Below are positions 1 to 7,158 of a stretch of DNA of 23,643 nucleotides, piece after piece. The DNA is from a virus: the UHGV virus genome UHGV-1377030; one strand, given 5' to 3'. Within the stretch, counting starts at the first letter, position 1. Each line of letters starts with the position of its first letter. The notes below the pieces were generated by a model. It was not told the origin of the DNA, made no database searches, and worked only from the letters and a program-made list of their open reading frames with translations. A program made the position numbers and the translations under genes.

Positions 1-1068
1 AACCCGAACAATACCGGCGACAGCCGGAACTGCCGTGCCGGTGTGCAGATTAATGACAGTGGTGCGGCGCTGGGATATTACGTCAGCGAGGACGGGTATC
101 CTGGCTGGATGCCGCAGAAATGGACATGGATACCCCGTGAGCTACCCGGCGGGCGCGCCTCGTTCATTCACGTCTTTGAACCCGTGGAGGACGGGCAGAC
201 CCGAGGTGCAAATGTGTTTTACAGCGTGATGGAGCAGATGAAGATGCTCGACACGCTGCAGAACACGCAGCTGCAGAGTGCCATTGTGAAGGCGATGTAT
301 GCCGCCACCATTGAAAGTGAGCTGGATACGCAGTCAGCGATGGATTTTATTCTGGGCGCGAACAGTCAGGAGCAGCGGGACAAGCTGACCGGCTGGATTG
401 GTGAAATTGCCGCGTATTACTCCGCCGCACCGGTCCGGCTGGGAGGCGCAAAAGTGCCGCACCTGATGCCGGGTGACTCACTGAACCTGCAGACGGCTCA
501 GGACACGGATAACGGCTACTCCGTGTTTGAGCAGTCACTGCTGCGGTATATCGCTGCCGGGCTGGGTGTCTCGTATGAGCAGCTTTCCCGGAATTACGCC
601 CAGATGAGCTACTCCACGGCACGGGCCAGTGCGAACGAGTCGTGGGCGTACTTTATGGGGCGGCGAAAATTCGTCGCATCCCGTCAGGCGAGCCAGATGT
701 TTCTGTGCTGGCTGGAAGAGGCCATCGCTCGCCGCGTGGTGACGTTACCTTCAAAAGCGCGCTTCAGTTTTCAGGAAGCCCGAAGTGCCTGGGGGAACTG
801 CGACTGGATAGGCTCCGGTCGTATGGCCATCGATGGTCTGAAAGAAGTGCAGGAAGCGGTGATGCTGATAGAAGCCGGACTGAGCACCTACGAGAAAGAG
901 TGCGCGAAACGCGGTGACGACTATCAGGAAATTTTTGCCCAGCAGGTCCGTGAAACGATGGAGCGCCGCGCAGCCGGTCTTAAACCGCCCGCCTGGGCGG
1001 CTGCGGCATTTGAATCCGGGCTGCGACAATCAACAGAGGAGGAGAAGAGTGACAGCAGAGCTGCGTAA
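1..1068 (+). CDS. B: Portal protein, lambda gpB-like (5' end outside window)
   Basis: Open frame from window start to stop at 1068; translation matches the C-terminal region of lambda portal protein B as I recall it; followed by C with the overlapping start typical of lambda. Confidence 0.9.
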   Translation, partial: NPNNTGDSRNCRAGVQINDSGAALGYYVSEDGYPGWMPQKWTWIPRELPGGRASFIHVFEPVEDGQTRGANVFYSVMEQMKMLDTLQNTQLQSAIVKAMYAATIESELDTQSAMDFILGANSQEQRDKLTGWIGEIAAYYSAAPVRLGGAKVPHLMPGDSLNLQTAQDTDNGYSVFEQSLLRYIAAGLGVSYEQLSRNYAQMSYSTARASANESWAYFMGRRKFVASRQASQMFLCWLEEAIARRVVTLPSKARFSFQEARSAWGNCDWIGSGRMAIDGLKEVQEAVMLIEAGLSTYEKECAKRGDDYQEIFAQQVRETMERRAAGLKPPAWAAAAFESGLRQSTEEEKSDSRAA

Positions 1069-2368
1069 TCTCCCGCATATTGCCAGCATGGCCTTTAATG
1101 AGCCGCTGATGCTTGAACCCGCCTATGCGCGGGTTTTCTTTTGTGCGCTTGCAGGCCAGCTAGGGATCAGCCGCCTGACGGATGCGGTGTCCGGCGACAG
1201 CCTGACTGCCCAGGAGGCACCCGCGACGCTGGCGTTAGCCGGTGATGGTGACGGACCACGACAGGCCCGCAGTTATCAGGTCATGAACGGCATCGCCGTG
1301 CTGCCGGTGTCCGGTACGCTGGTCAGCCGGACGCGGGCGCTGCAGCCTTATTCGGGGATGACCGGTTACAACGGCATTATCGCCCGTCTGCAACAGGCTG
1401 CCAGTGACCCGATGGTGGACGGCATTCTGCTCGATATGGACACGCCCGGTGGAATGGTGGCAGGGGCATTTGACTGCGCTGACATCATCGCCCGTGTGCG
1501 TGACATAAAACCTGTATGGGCGCTGGCCAACGACATGAACTGCAGTGCAGGTCAGCTGCTTGCCAGCGCCGCCTCCCGGCGTCTGGTCACGCAGACCGCC
1601 CGGACAGGCTCCATCGGCGTCATGATGGCTCACAGTAATTACGGTGCTGCGCTGGAGAAACAGGGCGTGGAAATCACGCTGATTTACAGCGGCAGCCATA
1701 AGGTGGATGGCAACCCCTACAGCCATCTTCCGGATGACGTCCGGGAGACACTGCAGTCCCGGATGGATGCAACCCGCCAGATGTTTGCGCAGAAGGTGTC
1801 GGCATATACCGGCCTGTCCGTGCAGGCTGTGCTGGATACCGAGGCTGCAGTGTACAGCGGTCAGGAGGCCATTGATGCCGGACTGGCTGATGAACTTGTT
1901 AACAGTACCGATGCGATCACCGTCATGCGTGATGCACTGGATGCACGTAAATCCCGTCTCTCAGGAGGGCGAATGACCAAAGAGACTCAATCAACAACTG
2001 TTTCAGCCACCGCTTCGCAGGCTGACGTTACTGACGTGGTGCAAGCGACGGAGGGCGAAAACGCCAGCGCGGCGCAGCCGGACGTGAACGCGCAGATCAC
2101 CGCAGCGGTTGCGGCAGAAAACAGCCGCATTATGGGGATCCTCAACTGTGTGGAGGCTCACGGACGCGAAGAACAGGCGCGCGTTCTGGCAGAAACCCCC
2201 GGAATGACCGTGGAAACGGCCCGCCGCATTCTGGCCGCAGCACCACAGAGTGCACAGGCGCGCAGTGACACTGCGCTGGATCGTCTGATGCAGGGTGCAC
2301 CGGCACCACTGGCTGCAGGTAACCCGGCATCTGATGCCGTTAACGATTTGCTGAACACACCAGTGTAA
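1049..2368 (+). CDS. C: Capsid assembly protease/scaffold, lambda gpC-like (S49/ClpP-like peptidase)
   Basis: GTG at 1049 in frame with the 914..2368 ORF gives MTAELRNLPHIASMAFNEPLMLEPAYARVFF..., the lambda C N-terminus; overlaps the end of B as in lambda. Confidence 0.85.
   Translation: MTAELRNLPHIASMAFNEPLMLEPAYARVFFCALAGQLGISRLTDAVSGDSLTAQEAPATLALAGDGDGPRQARSYQVMNGIAVLPVSGTLVSRTRALQPYSGMTGYNGIIARLQQAASDPMVDGILLDMDTPGGMVAGAFDCADIIARVRDIKPVWALANDMNCSAGQLLASAASRRLVTQTARTGSIGVMMAHSNYGAALEKQGVEITLIYSGSHKVDGNPYSHLPDDVRETLQSRMDATRQMFAQKVSAYTGLSVQAVLDTEAAVYSGQEAIDAGLADELVNSTDAITVMRDALDARKSRLSGGRMTKETQSTTVSATASQADVTDVVQATEGENASAAQPDVNAQITAAVAAENSRIMGILNCVEAHGREEQARVLAETPGMTVETARRILAAAPQSAQARSDTALDRLMQGAPAPLAAGNPASDAVNDLLNTPV
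1763..2368 (+). CDS. nu3: Scaffolding protein Nu3-like, nested in-frame within the 3' part of C
   Basis: In-frame ATG at 1763 (MDATRQMFAQKVS...) sharing the C stop codon; matches the known lambda arrangement where Nu3 is translated from an internal start in C. Confidence 0.6.
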   Translation: MDATRQMFAQKVSAYTGLSVQAVLDTEAAVYSGQEAIDAGLADELVNSTDAITVMRDALDARKSRLSGGRMTKETQSTTVSATASQADVTDVVQATEGENASAAQPDVNAQITAAVAAENSRIMGILNCVEAHGREEQARVLAETPGMTVETARRILAAAPQSAQARSDTALDRLMQGAPAPLAAGNPASDAVNDLLNTPV

Positions 2369-2377
2369 GGGATGTTT

Positions 2378-2710
2378 ATGACGAGCAAAGAAACCTTTAC
2401 CCATTACCAGCCGCTGGGCAACAGTGACCCGGCACATACGGCAACCGCGCCCGGCGGATTGAGTGCGAAAGCGCCTGCAATGACCCCGCTGATGCTGGAT
2501 ACCTCCACCCGTAAGCTGGTTGCGTGGGATGGCACCACCGACGGTGCTGCCGTTGGCATTCTGGCGGTTGATGCTGACCAGACCAGCACCACGCTGACGT
2601 TCTACAAGTCCGGCACGTTCCGTTATGAGGATGTGCTCTGGCCGGAGGCTGCCAGCGACGAGACGAAAAAACGGACCGCGTTTGCCGGAACGGCAATCAG
2701 CATCGTTTAA
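2378..2710 (+). CDS. D: Head decoration protein, lambda gpD-like
   Basis: [27 protein letters not shown]...[10 protein letters not shown] matches lambda gpD; ATG at 2378 is the conserved start within the 2372..2710 ORF. Confidence 0.9.
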   Translation: MTSKETFTHYQPLGNSDPAHTATAPGGLSAKAPAMTPLMLDTSTRKLVAWDGTTDGAAVGILAVDADQTSTTLTFYKSGTFRYEDVLWPEAASDETKKRTAFAGTAISIV

Positions 2711-2728
2711 CTTTACCCTTCATCACTA

Positions 2729-2752
2729 AAGGCCGCCTGTGCGGCTTTTTTT
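2729..2752 (+). terminator. GC stem-loop followed by a T-run between D and E (terminator-like / RNA-stability hairpin)
   Basis: gccgc-ctgt-gcggc stem-loop (2732..2745) followed by ttttttt (2746..2752). Confidence 0.4.
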
Positions 2753-2766
2753 ACGGGATTTTTTTT

Positions 2767-3042
2767 ATGTCGATGTACACAACCGCCCAGCTGCTGGCGG
2801 CAAATGAGCAGAAATTTAAGTTTGATCCGCTGTTTCTGCGTCTCTTTTTCCGTGAGAGCTATCCCTTCACCACGGAGAAAGTCTATCTCTCACAAATTCC
2901 GGGACTGGTAAACATGGCGCTGTACGTTTCGCCGATTGTTTCCGGTGAGGTTATCCGTTCCCGTGGCGGATCCACCTCTGAATTTACGCCGGGATATGTC
3001 AAACCCAAGCACTTAGCATGGCTTTCTGAGGCTTTCGTGTAG
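2767..3042 (+). pseudogene. E: Major capsid protein E, 5' fragment truncated by the island insertion
   Basis: MSMYTTAQLLAANEQKFKFDPLFLRLFFRESYPFTTEKVYLSQ...TPGYVKPKH matches the lambda gpE N-terminus up to about nt 3012; the frame then reads 10 unrelated codons (LAWLSEAFV) and stops at 3042. The rest of E resumes at 13730. Confidence 0.85.
3002..3011. repeat. Left copy of 10-bp direct repeat (putative attL core)
   Basis: aacccaagca; identical copy at 13728..13737. Lambda-homologous E sequence ends here. Confidence 0.55.
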
Positions 3043-3139
3043 TTGCTGGTTTTTACACTTAATCTTTTGATAATAAAGAATAAATTTATCTGGCGCTTTC
3101 ACTGAATTTTCCTCGTTATCTGTGTGTTGCAATCATCTC

Positions 3140-3160
3140 TGTATTGCAGCTTGTATTGCT
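3140..3160. repeat. Tandem direct repeat tgtattgcagc / tgtattgct (putative integrase arm-type sites, left end)
   Basis: tgtattgcagc (3140..3150) and tgtattgct (3152..3160); a near-identical pair occurs at 13632..13652 in the same orientation. Confidence 0.45.
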
Positions 3161-3174
3161 TTTTGGGGCTAAAA

Positions 3175-4410
3175 ATGGCTGGCGAGAACAAACTGAGCGA
3201 CAAAGCGCTTAAAGGATATCTGGGGAAACCCAGAGAAAAGCAGATCACCATTGCTGATGGAAAGGGGCTTTCTATTCGTGTGAGTACTAAAGGGGCTGTG
3301 AGCTTTGTTTTCTTCTACAGGTTAGCAGGTGGCCGGGCTGCTCCGGTCTGGCTAACGTTGGGTAAATATCCTGATATGTCACTCAAACAGGCAAGGGAAA
3401 AGCGCGACGAGTGCCGTGGTTGGTTGGCTGACAAACGTGATCCGCGTATCCAGATTAAGATTCAGGCTGAAGAACGCTTAAAGCCGGTCACAGTGGAGGA
3501 TGCACTAAATTACTGGTATGAAAATTACTGTAAGGTGCGTCGTAAAACTCATGCTGTAACGCTTGGCAGATTTCGAAAGCATATCTTTCCCTATATCGGT
3601 CATTTGCCCGTAAATGACACTCACCTATATGAATGGCTGGACTGTTTTGACCGAATTAAACGTAATGCACCAGTTATGGCGGCGTATGTTTTTTCTGACA
3701 CTAAATTAGCTCTTCGTTTTTGTCGGGTACGCCAGTACGCGACGTGTGATGCTTTAAAGGATTTGCGCATGAGTGATGTGGGGCAGATTGCAGGTAAGCG
3801 GGATCGGGTTCTGGATGAAGCCGAACTCGGCCAGCTCTGGAAGGCAATTTTTGTCGAGCCTGATTTAAAACTAATGTCTGAATACACGCGAAAAATGTTT
3901 GTGCTTTGTACAGTATTTGGATGTCGAATGAGTGAAGCCCGATTATCAGAATGGAGCGAATGGGATCTCGAAAGTTGGGTTTGGACTGTACCAAAAGATC
4001 ACTCAAAAACTGGTGTTGAAATCGTCAGACCAGTACCTGAAATTCTACGACAGTGGGTAACGGATGTTCACGAAGAGACAAAACATACTGGTTATGTGCT
4101 GGGAAGTCTGCGAATTAGAGAAAGCGTAAGCAAGATTGGGGGGAAAATCGGTAAACGTTTGGGCCATGAAAAACAATGGTCACTACACGACCTTAGAAGA
4201 ACGCTATCTACTCATCTAAGTGATCTCGGTGTTGAATTTTATGTAGTAGAACAACTGTTAGGCCATGCGCTACCTGGCGTGGCAGGTGTTTACAACCGGA
4301 GTAAGTTTATGGCTAAAAAACTGGATGCTCTGGAACTCTGGACTACATATCTCAATAGCATCGCAGGTGCTGATTCAAAAGTGACGATCCTCAAACAAAA
4401 GGTTGGTTAA
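3175..4410 (+). CDS. int: Tyrosine recombinase / integrase, P4-type (N-terminal arm-binding domain plus catalytic domain)
   Basis: ATG at 3175 (MAGENKLSDKALKGYLG...) in the 3124..4410 ORF. N-terminus resembles the P4-like integrase arm-binding domain (DGKGLSIRVSTKGAVSFVFFYRLAG...LGKYPDMSLKQAREKRDE); the C-terminus carries HDLRRT, LLGHA and a VYNRS tyrosine region typical of tyrosine recombinases. Start at 3124 is an alternative. Confidence 0.85.
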   Translation: MAGENKLSDKALKGYLGKPREKQITIADGKGLSIRVSTKGAVSFVFFYRLAGGRAAPVWLTLGKYPDMSLKQAREKRDECRGWLADKRDPRIQIKIQAEERLKPVTVEDALNYWYENYCKVRRKTHAVTLGRFRKHIFPYIGHLPVNDTHLYEWLDCFDRIKRNAPVMAAYVFSDTKLALRFCRVRQYATCDALKDLRMSDVGQIAGKRDRVLDEAELGQLWKAIFVEPDLKLMSEYTRKMFVLCTVFGCRMSEARLSEWSEWDLESWVWTVPKDHSKTGVEIVRPVPEILRQWVTDVHEETKHTGYVLGSLRIRESVSKIGGKIGKRLGHEKQWSLHDLRRTLSTHLSDLGVEFYVVEQLLGHALPGVAGVYNRSKFMAKKLDALELWTTYLNSIAGADSKVTILKQKVG

Positions 4411-4411
4411 C

Positions 4412-4639
4412 ATGAAAAAAATGGCAATTGTTGATAAAAAGGGTCTGGAGTACATTCCTAACATTGACCGAATGATCCGTGAGAAAGAATGTCGGGAGCT
4501 AACCACTCTTGCGAACAGCACACGCTGGAAGCTGGAGAAGGAAGGAAAATTTCCTAAGCGGATCAAGATTGGTTCCACTGCTGTTGCATATCGTCTTTCA
4601 GAAGTGCAGGCATGGATTCGAGGTGAGTGGGTAGTTTAA
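4412..4639 (+). CDS. alpA: AlpA-like phage transcriptional regulator / excisionase-like HTH protein
   Basis: MKKMAIVDKKGLEYIPNIDRMIREKECRELTTLANSTRWKLEKEGKFPKRIKIGSTAVAYRLSEVQAWIRG; short MerR/AlpA-type HTH protein immediately after int with tight spacing (int stop 4408..4410, ATG 4412). Confidence 0.75.
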   Translation: MKKMAIVDKKGLEYIPNIDRMIREKECRELTTLANSTRWKLEKEGKFPKRIKIGSTAVAYRLSEVQAWIRGEWVV

Positions 4640-4664
4640 ATTATCTCAGAATAAAATATTATGA

Positions 4665-4700
4665 ATTACTGATTTGAGAATTTGTACTCAAATCAGTAAT
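4665..4700. terminator. Perfect 14-bp inverted repeat hairpin between convergent genes (bidirectional terminator candidate)
   Basis: attactgatttgag (4665..4678) and ctcaaatcagtaat (4687..4700) with an 8-nt loop, in AT-rich context between the alpA stop and the stop of the minus-strand membrane protein gene. Confidence 0.5.
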
Positions 4701-4708
4701 AACATTCT

Positions 4709-5245
4709 TTATAAGAGATTAAATCCAAATAAAGAGTAATCATATACCGGGGTGCATTGCATTCCACTGAATATGCTGATGTTTTTTTCTGTTTCTATCC
4801 TTTTTTCAATAAGTTGTTGTATATTTTTACAGTACAATTTGTGTGTGATGTTATTATCGTAAGCCTGATATAGCAACGTCAATGTTGACGCTAGGAAACA
4901 TACAGATAAAATTAAAATAATATATGCAGTTTTTTTATTTTTTGTCCATGATCTATTTGTTTGTGAAATATAAAGAATTCTGAGGTGGATAATGGTGAGA
5001 GACAATAGCAGGCCACTCAATAAAATAAGTATTGGGTTTGCGTATTTTATTAATGGTTGAGAGCAAAAAACTATTATAGCTCCTGTGACTGCGTATGAGA
5101 AAAAGGAGTAATTAAACTTCTTACTCCTTCTCTCAAGTATTTTAATTTCATCTTGTGTGGGGGTTTTAGATGCCTCTAATATAAGTTTATTGAATGTTTC
5201 TGTTATCTTGTTTTTTGTGTTTGTGGCTATTTTTTTTAGATTCAT
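4709..5245 (-). CDS. Hypothetical membrane protein (about 3 predicted TM helices), AT-rich cargo gene
   Basis: 178-aa ORF with hydrophobic stretches (FFSYAVTGAIIVFCSQPLI, ILILLSGLLLSLTIIHLRILYI, AYIILILSVCFLASTLTLLY), a GGGAG-like SD upstream, and strongly AT-rich codon usage unlike its neighbours. No family recognised. Confidence 0.5.
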   Translation of the reverse strand: MNLKKIATNTKNKITETFNKLILEASKTPTQDEIKILERRSKKFNYSFFSYAVTGAIIVFCSQPLIKYANPILILLSGLLLSLTIIHLRILYISQTNRSWTKNKKTAYIILILSVCFLASTLTLLYQAYDNNITHKLYCKNIQQLIEKRIETEKNISIFSGMQCTPVYDYSLFGFNLL

Positions 5246-5559
5246 AGCATTCTAACTCCCTTAACTTATTTATTACTTTCTCTTTATGATAAGAGAGGGG
5301 AATGACTTGGTAAAGTGATTTGTCATTAATAATGATAATCCTTGCGATAAATATTTCTGCAAGTTATTTATCTGTTTGTTGCTATCTTGTTAAGCGTTGG
5401 GTGTGGTTTATATTTGGAGCGACTTTATTTAATCGTGATTTTATGGATTTATATTTATATCCTGTAAGATAAGCGCATGTTAGTTTAGGAGTAGTGTCAG
5501 ATAAAATTATTCGGAGTAGAACTACCTTTTCTGTTTATTGCCAGTATTTACATAGCAAT

Positions 5560-5586
5560 GCGCCGTAGTTACTCACATCACGGCGC
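5560..5586. terminator. Stem-loop downstream of the minus-strand regulator gene
   Basis: gcgccgt (5560..5566) pairs with acggcgc (5580..5586); lies just 3' of the stop of the 5596..5898 gene on its strand. Confidence 0.3.
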
Positions 5587-5595
5587 TGATACTAA

Positions 5596-5898
5596 TTATT
5601 CAGATTCTTTGGCTTTACGCCGCTGGAGTTCTTCACGAGCGACGGCTACGAGTTGCCCGATTTCCTCCGCTGCCTTGATGCCGATTTGTTCGACCTTAGC
5701 TAAGGCATCCAGTGAAGACACGAGGGGATTTTCTCCGCTTCCTTCTGCCTGGCGGCGGGCGATCTCACCGCGCATGGCGGTTACTATGAATCCGGCGTTG
5801 CTTTCGCCGTCCAGTTTTACGGATTCCATGCCCTCCATAACATCGTGGGGAACCCTGATCGTTGTCATTTGCGATTTTGCATTTTTGTATACAGACAT
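5596..5898 (-). CDS. Putative small transcriptional regulator (repressor-like; possible ribbon-helix-helix N-terminus)
   Basis: 100-aa ORF divergent from the replication operon. N-terminal MTTIRVPHDVMEGMES resembles the beta-strand of RHH (Arc/CopG-like) DNA-binding proteins. The start could instead be the internal Met at 5868. Confidence 0.45.
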   Translation of the reverse strand: MSVYKNAKSQMTTIRVPHDVMEGMESVKLDGESNAGFIVTAMRGEIARRQAEGSGENPLVSSLDALAKVEQIGIKAAEEIGQLVAVAREELQRRKAKESE

Positions 5899-5914
5899 AG
5901 TTAATCACCAATTT

Positions 5915-6025
5915 GTTATGTGTATATCACTATACACAAAAGTGAGATATAAAAACACTTGCAATGTATATCACCACAATATAATGTATATCTCACATTA
6001 TGGTCGCTATGTATCTCACAATGAT
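5915..6025. promoter_or_regulatory. Divergent promoter/operator region with four direct copies of TGTATAT(C)TCAC-like motif plus an inverted copy
   Basis: tgtatatcac (5921..5930), tgtatatcacc (5965..5975), tgtatatctcac (5985..5996), tgtatctcaca (6009..6020) and inverted gtgagatat (5942..5950), all within the 208-bp gap between divergent genes. Confidence 0.5.
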
Positions 6026-6106
6026 CGATTCATAAAAACGACGAAACCCGGCAGTGCGCGAACACTAACCGGGCTTCTAACCAAACCGTTAAACGAGGTA
6101 ACTATT

Positions 6107-6472
6107 ATGGCTGGAACACAGCATACCCAAACTCACCCTAAATTTATATACATCTTTCTGGCGCTACATCGCGATCGCATAGCAGATGGAGCAACTACGG
6201 TACATGTAGCCGCTGACACGCTGGTTGATGCCCGCAAGATGGTTAAGGAGATGGGCTATACTGCGGCTTTCTGGAAAGGGCGGGAAGAAAACACGCTGTT
6301 TATTCAGAAATGTGAAAACAATTTCCTCTGGCGTTTTATCGCCCTGAGTACGACACAACCGCGCGTGATTACCATCGAGGCCACCAGCGAACAGGAAGCC
6401 CGCCAGCAATCCCCAACTGGCTGCGTGATGATATTCGCCGCCCGTATTCGTCAGGAGGTGTGCCATGAATGA
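6107..6472 (+). CDS. Hypothetical protein (first gene of island early/replication operon)
   Basis: ATG at 6107 preceded by a GAGGT SD; the longer 5558..6472 ORF would run antisense through the regulator gene, so it is trimmed. No family recognised. Confidence 0.5.
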   Translation: MAGTQHTQTHPKFIYIFLALHRDRIADGATTVHVAADTLVDARKMVKEMGYTAAFWKGREENTLFIQKCENNFLWRFIALSTTQPRVITIEATSEQEARQQSPTGCVMIFAARIRQEVCHE

Positions 6473-6689
6473 TCTTTATTTTAAAGTGCTGACACATGCT
6501 GAAAACGCGCTCGTTTGTGGCAAAAATATGCGAGAAATCTTATCAACCTGGCTTGATGGGACAACAAATGCGGAACACGATGAACGGGATGCTAATTTAG
6601 CTGGAGCGTTAATTACGTTACTTGATCCTGTCATCAAAGAGCTGGATGAAGCTATAAAAATACACGATCAGAGCTATACCGAAGAATAA
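6465..6689 (+). CDS. Hypothetical protein
   Basis: 74-aa ORF; its ATG overlaps the upstream stop (ATGA coupling) and is preceded by an AGGAGG SD. Confidence 0.5.
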   Translation: MNDLYFKVLTHAENALVCGKNMREILSTWLDGTTNAEHDERDANLAGALITLLDPVIKELDEAIKIHDQSYTEE

Positions 6690-6691
6690 AA

Positions 6692-6979
6692 ATGAAAAAT
6701 AAATTTTCTGGCTTTATTGCTAGCGGTCAAGCTCATTCAAAAATCAGCCTTGGGGATATTTTCAAAGATAGCTATGGCTATCGGGTAAAGATTATTTCGG
6801 TTGATGATCGCCGTGTCCCTTATTTGCGTGATGGTTATGATTTTGAATGTGTTATGCCGCGTCAGCAGTTCGAAAGAGATTTCATTCTGGTAAAAAATTG
6901 CAAGACAGATAATCAGAGGCGTGCCGCAGGCTATATCCGCAAAATTCGGGCAATGTTAGTTGCCGGAGGTAATAAATGA
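6692..6979 (+). CDS. Hypothetical protein
   Basis: 95-aa ORF starting 3 nt after the previous stop; operon context. Confidence 0.45.
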   Translation: MKNKFSGFIASGQAHSKISLGDIFKDSYGYRVKIISVDDRRVPYLRDGYDFECVMPRQQFERDFILVKNCKTDNQRRAAGYIRKIRAMLVAGGNK

Positions 6980-7158
6980 AACGTGCTCCGAACTTAAAAT
7001 ACCAACCGCGCGACAAAATGACAGAAGTCATCATTTTTGCTGGCAGTGATGCCTAGAGCCATGCAAAAGAATGGAATGAATGGGCGGGTAAGCATATTGC
7101 AGCAGATGATACACCACCAGTAATTCTGGGTACGGAACAACTGGAAAACCTGGATGAT

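Noticed and set aside
1235-1726. 163-aa minus-strand ORF inside gene C, and similar antisense ORFs inside B, H, L and other tail genes (for example 347..622, 18377..18955, 19471..19974, 20589..21395)
   Set aside because: They lie antisense within genes whose sense-strand products match lambda proteins along their full length; GC-rich coding DNA commonly yields long shadow ORFs; no SD or independent support.
2990-3020. tRNA gene at the integration junction, as expected for many P4-type integrases
   Set aside because: The flanking sequence on both sides is capsid gene E coding sequence; no tRNA-like cloverleaf sequence was apparent near either junction.
5558-6472. 304-aa plus-strand ORF as called by the ORF track
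   Set aside because: Its first ~180 codons run antisense through the regulator gene and the operator region. The supported gene starts at the ATG at 6107, which has an SD.
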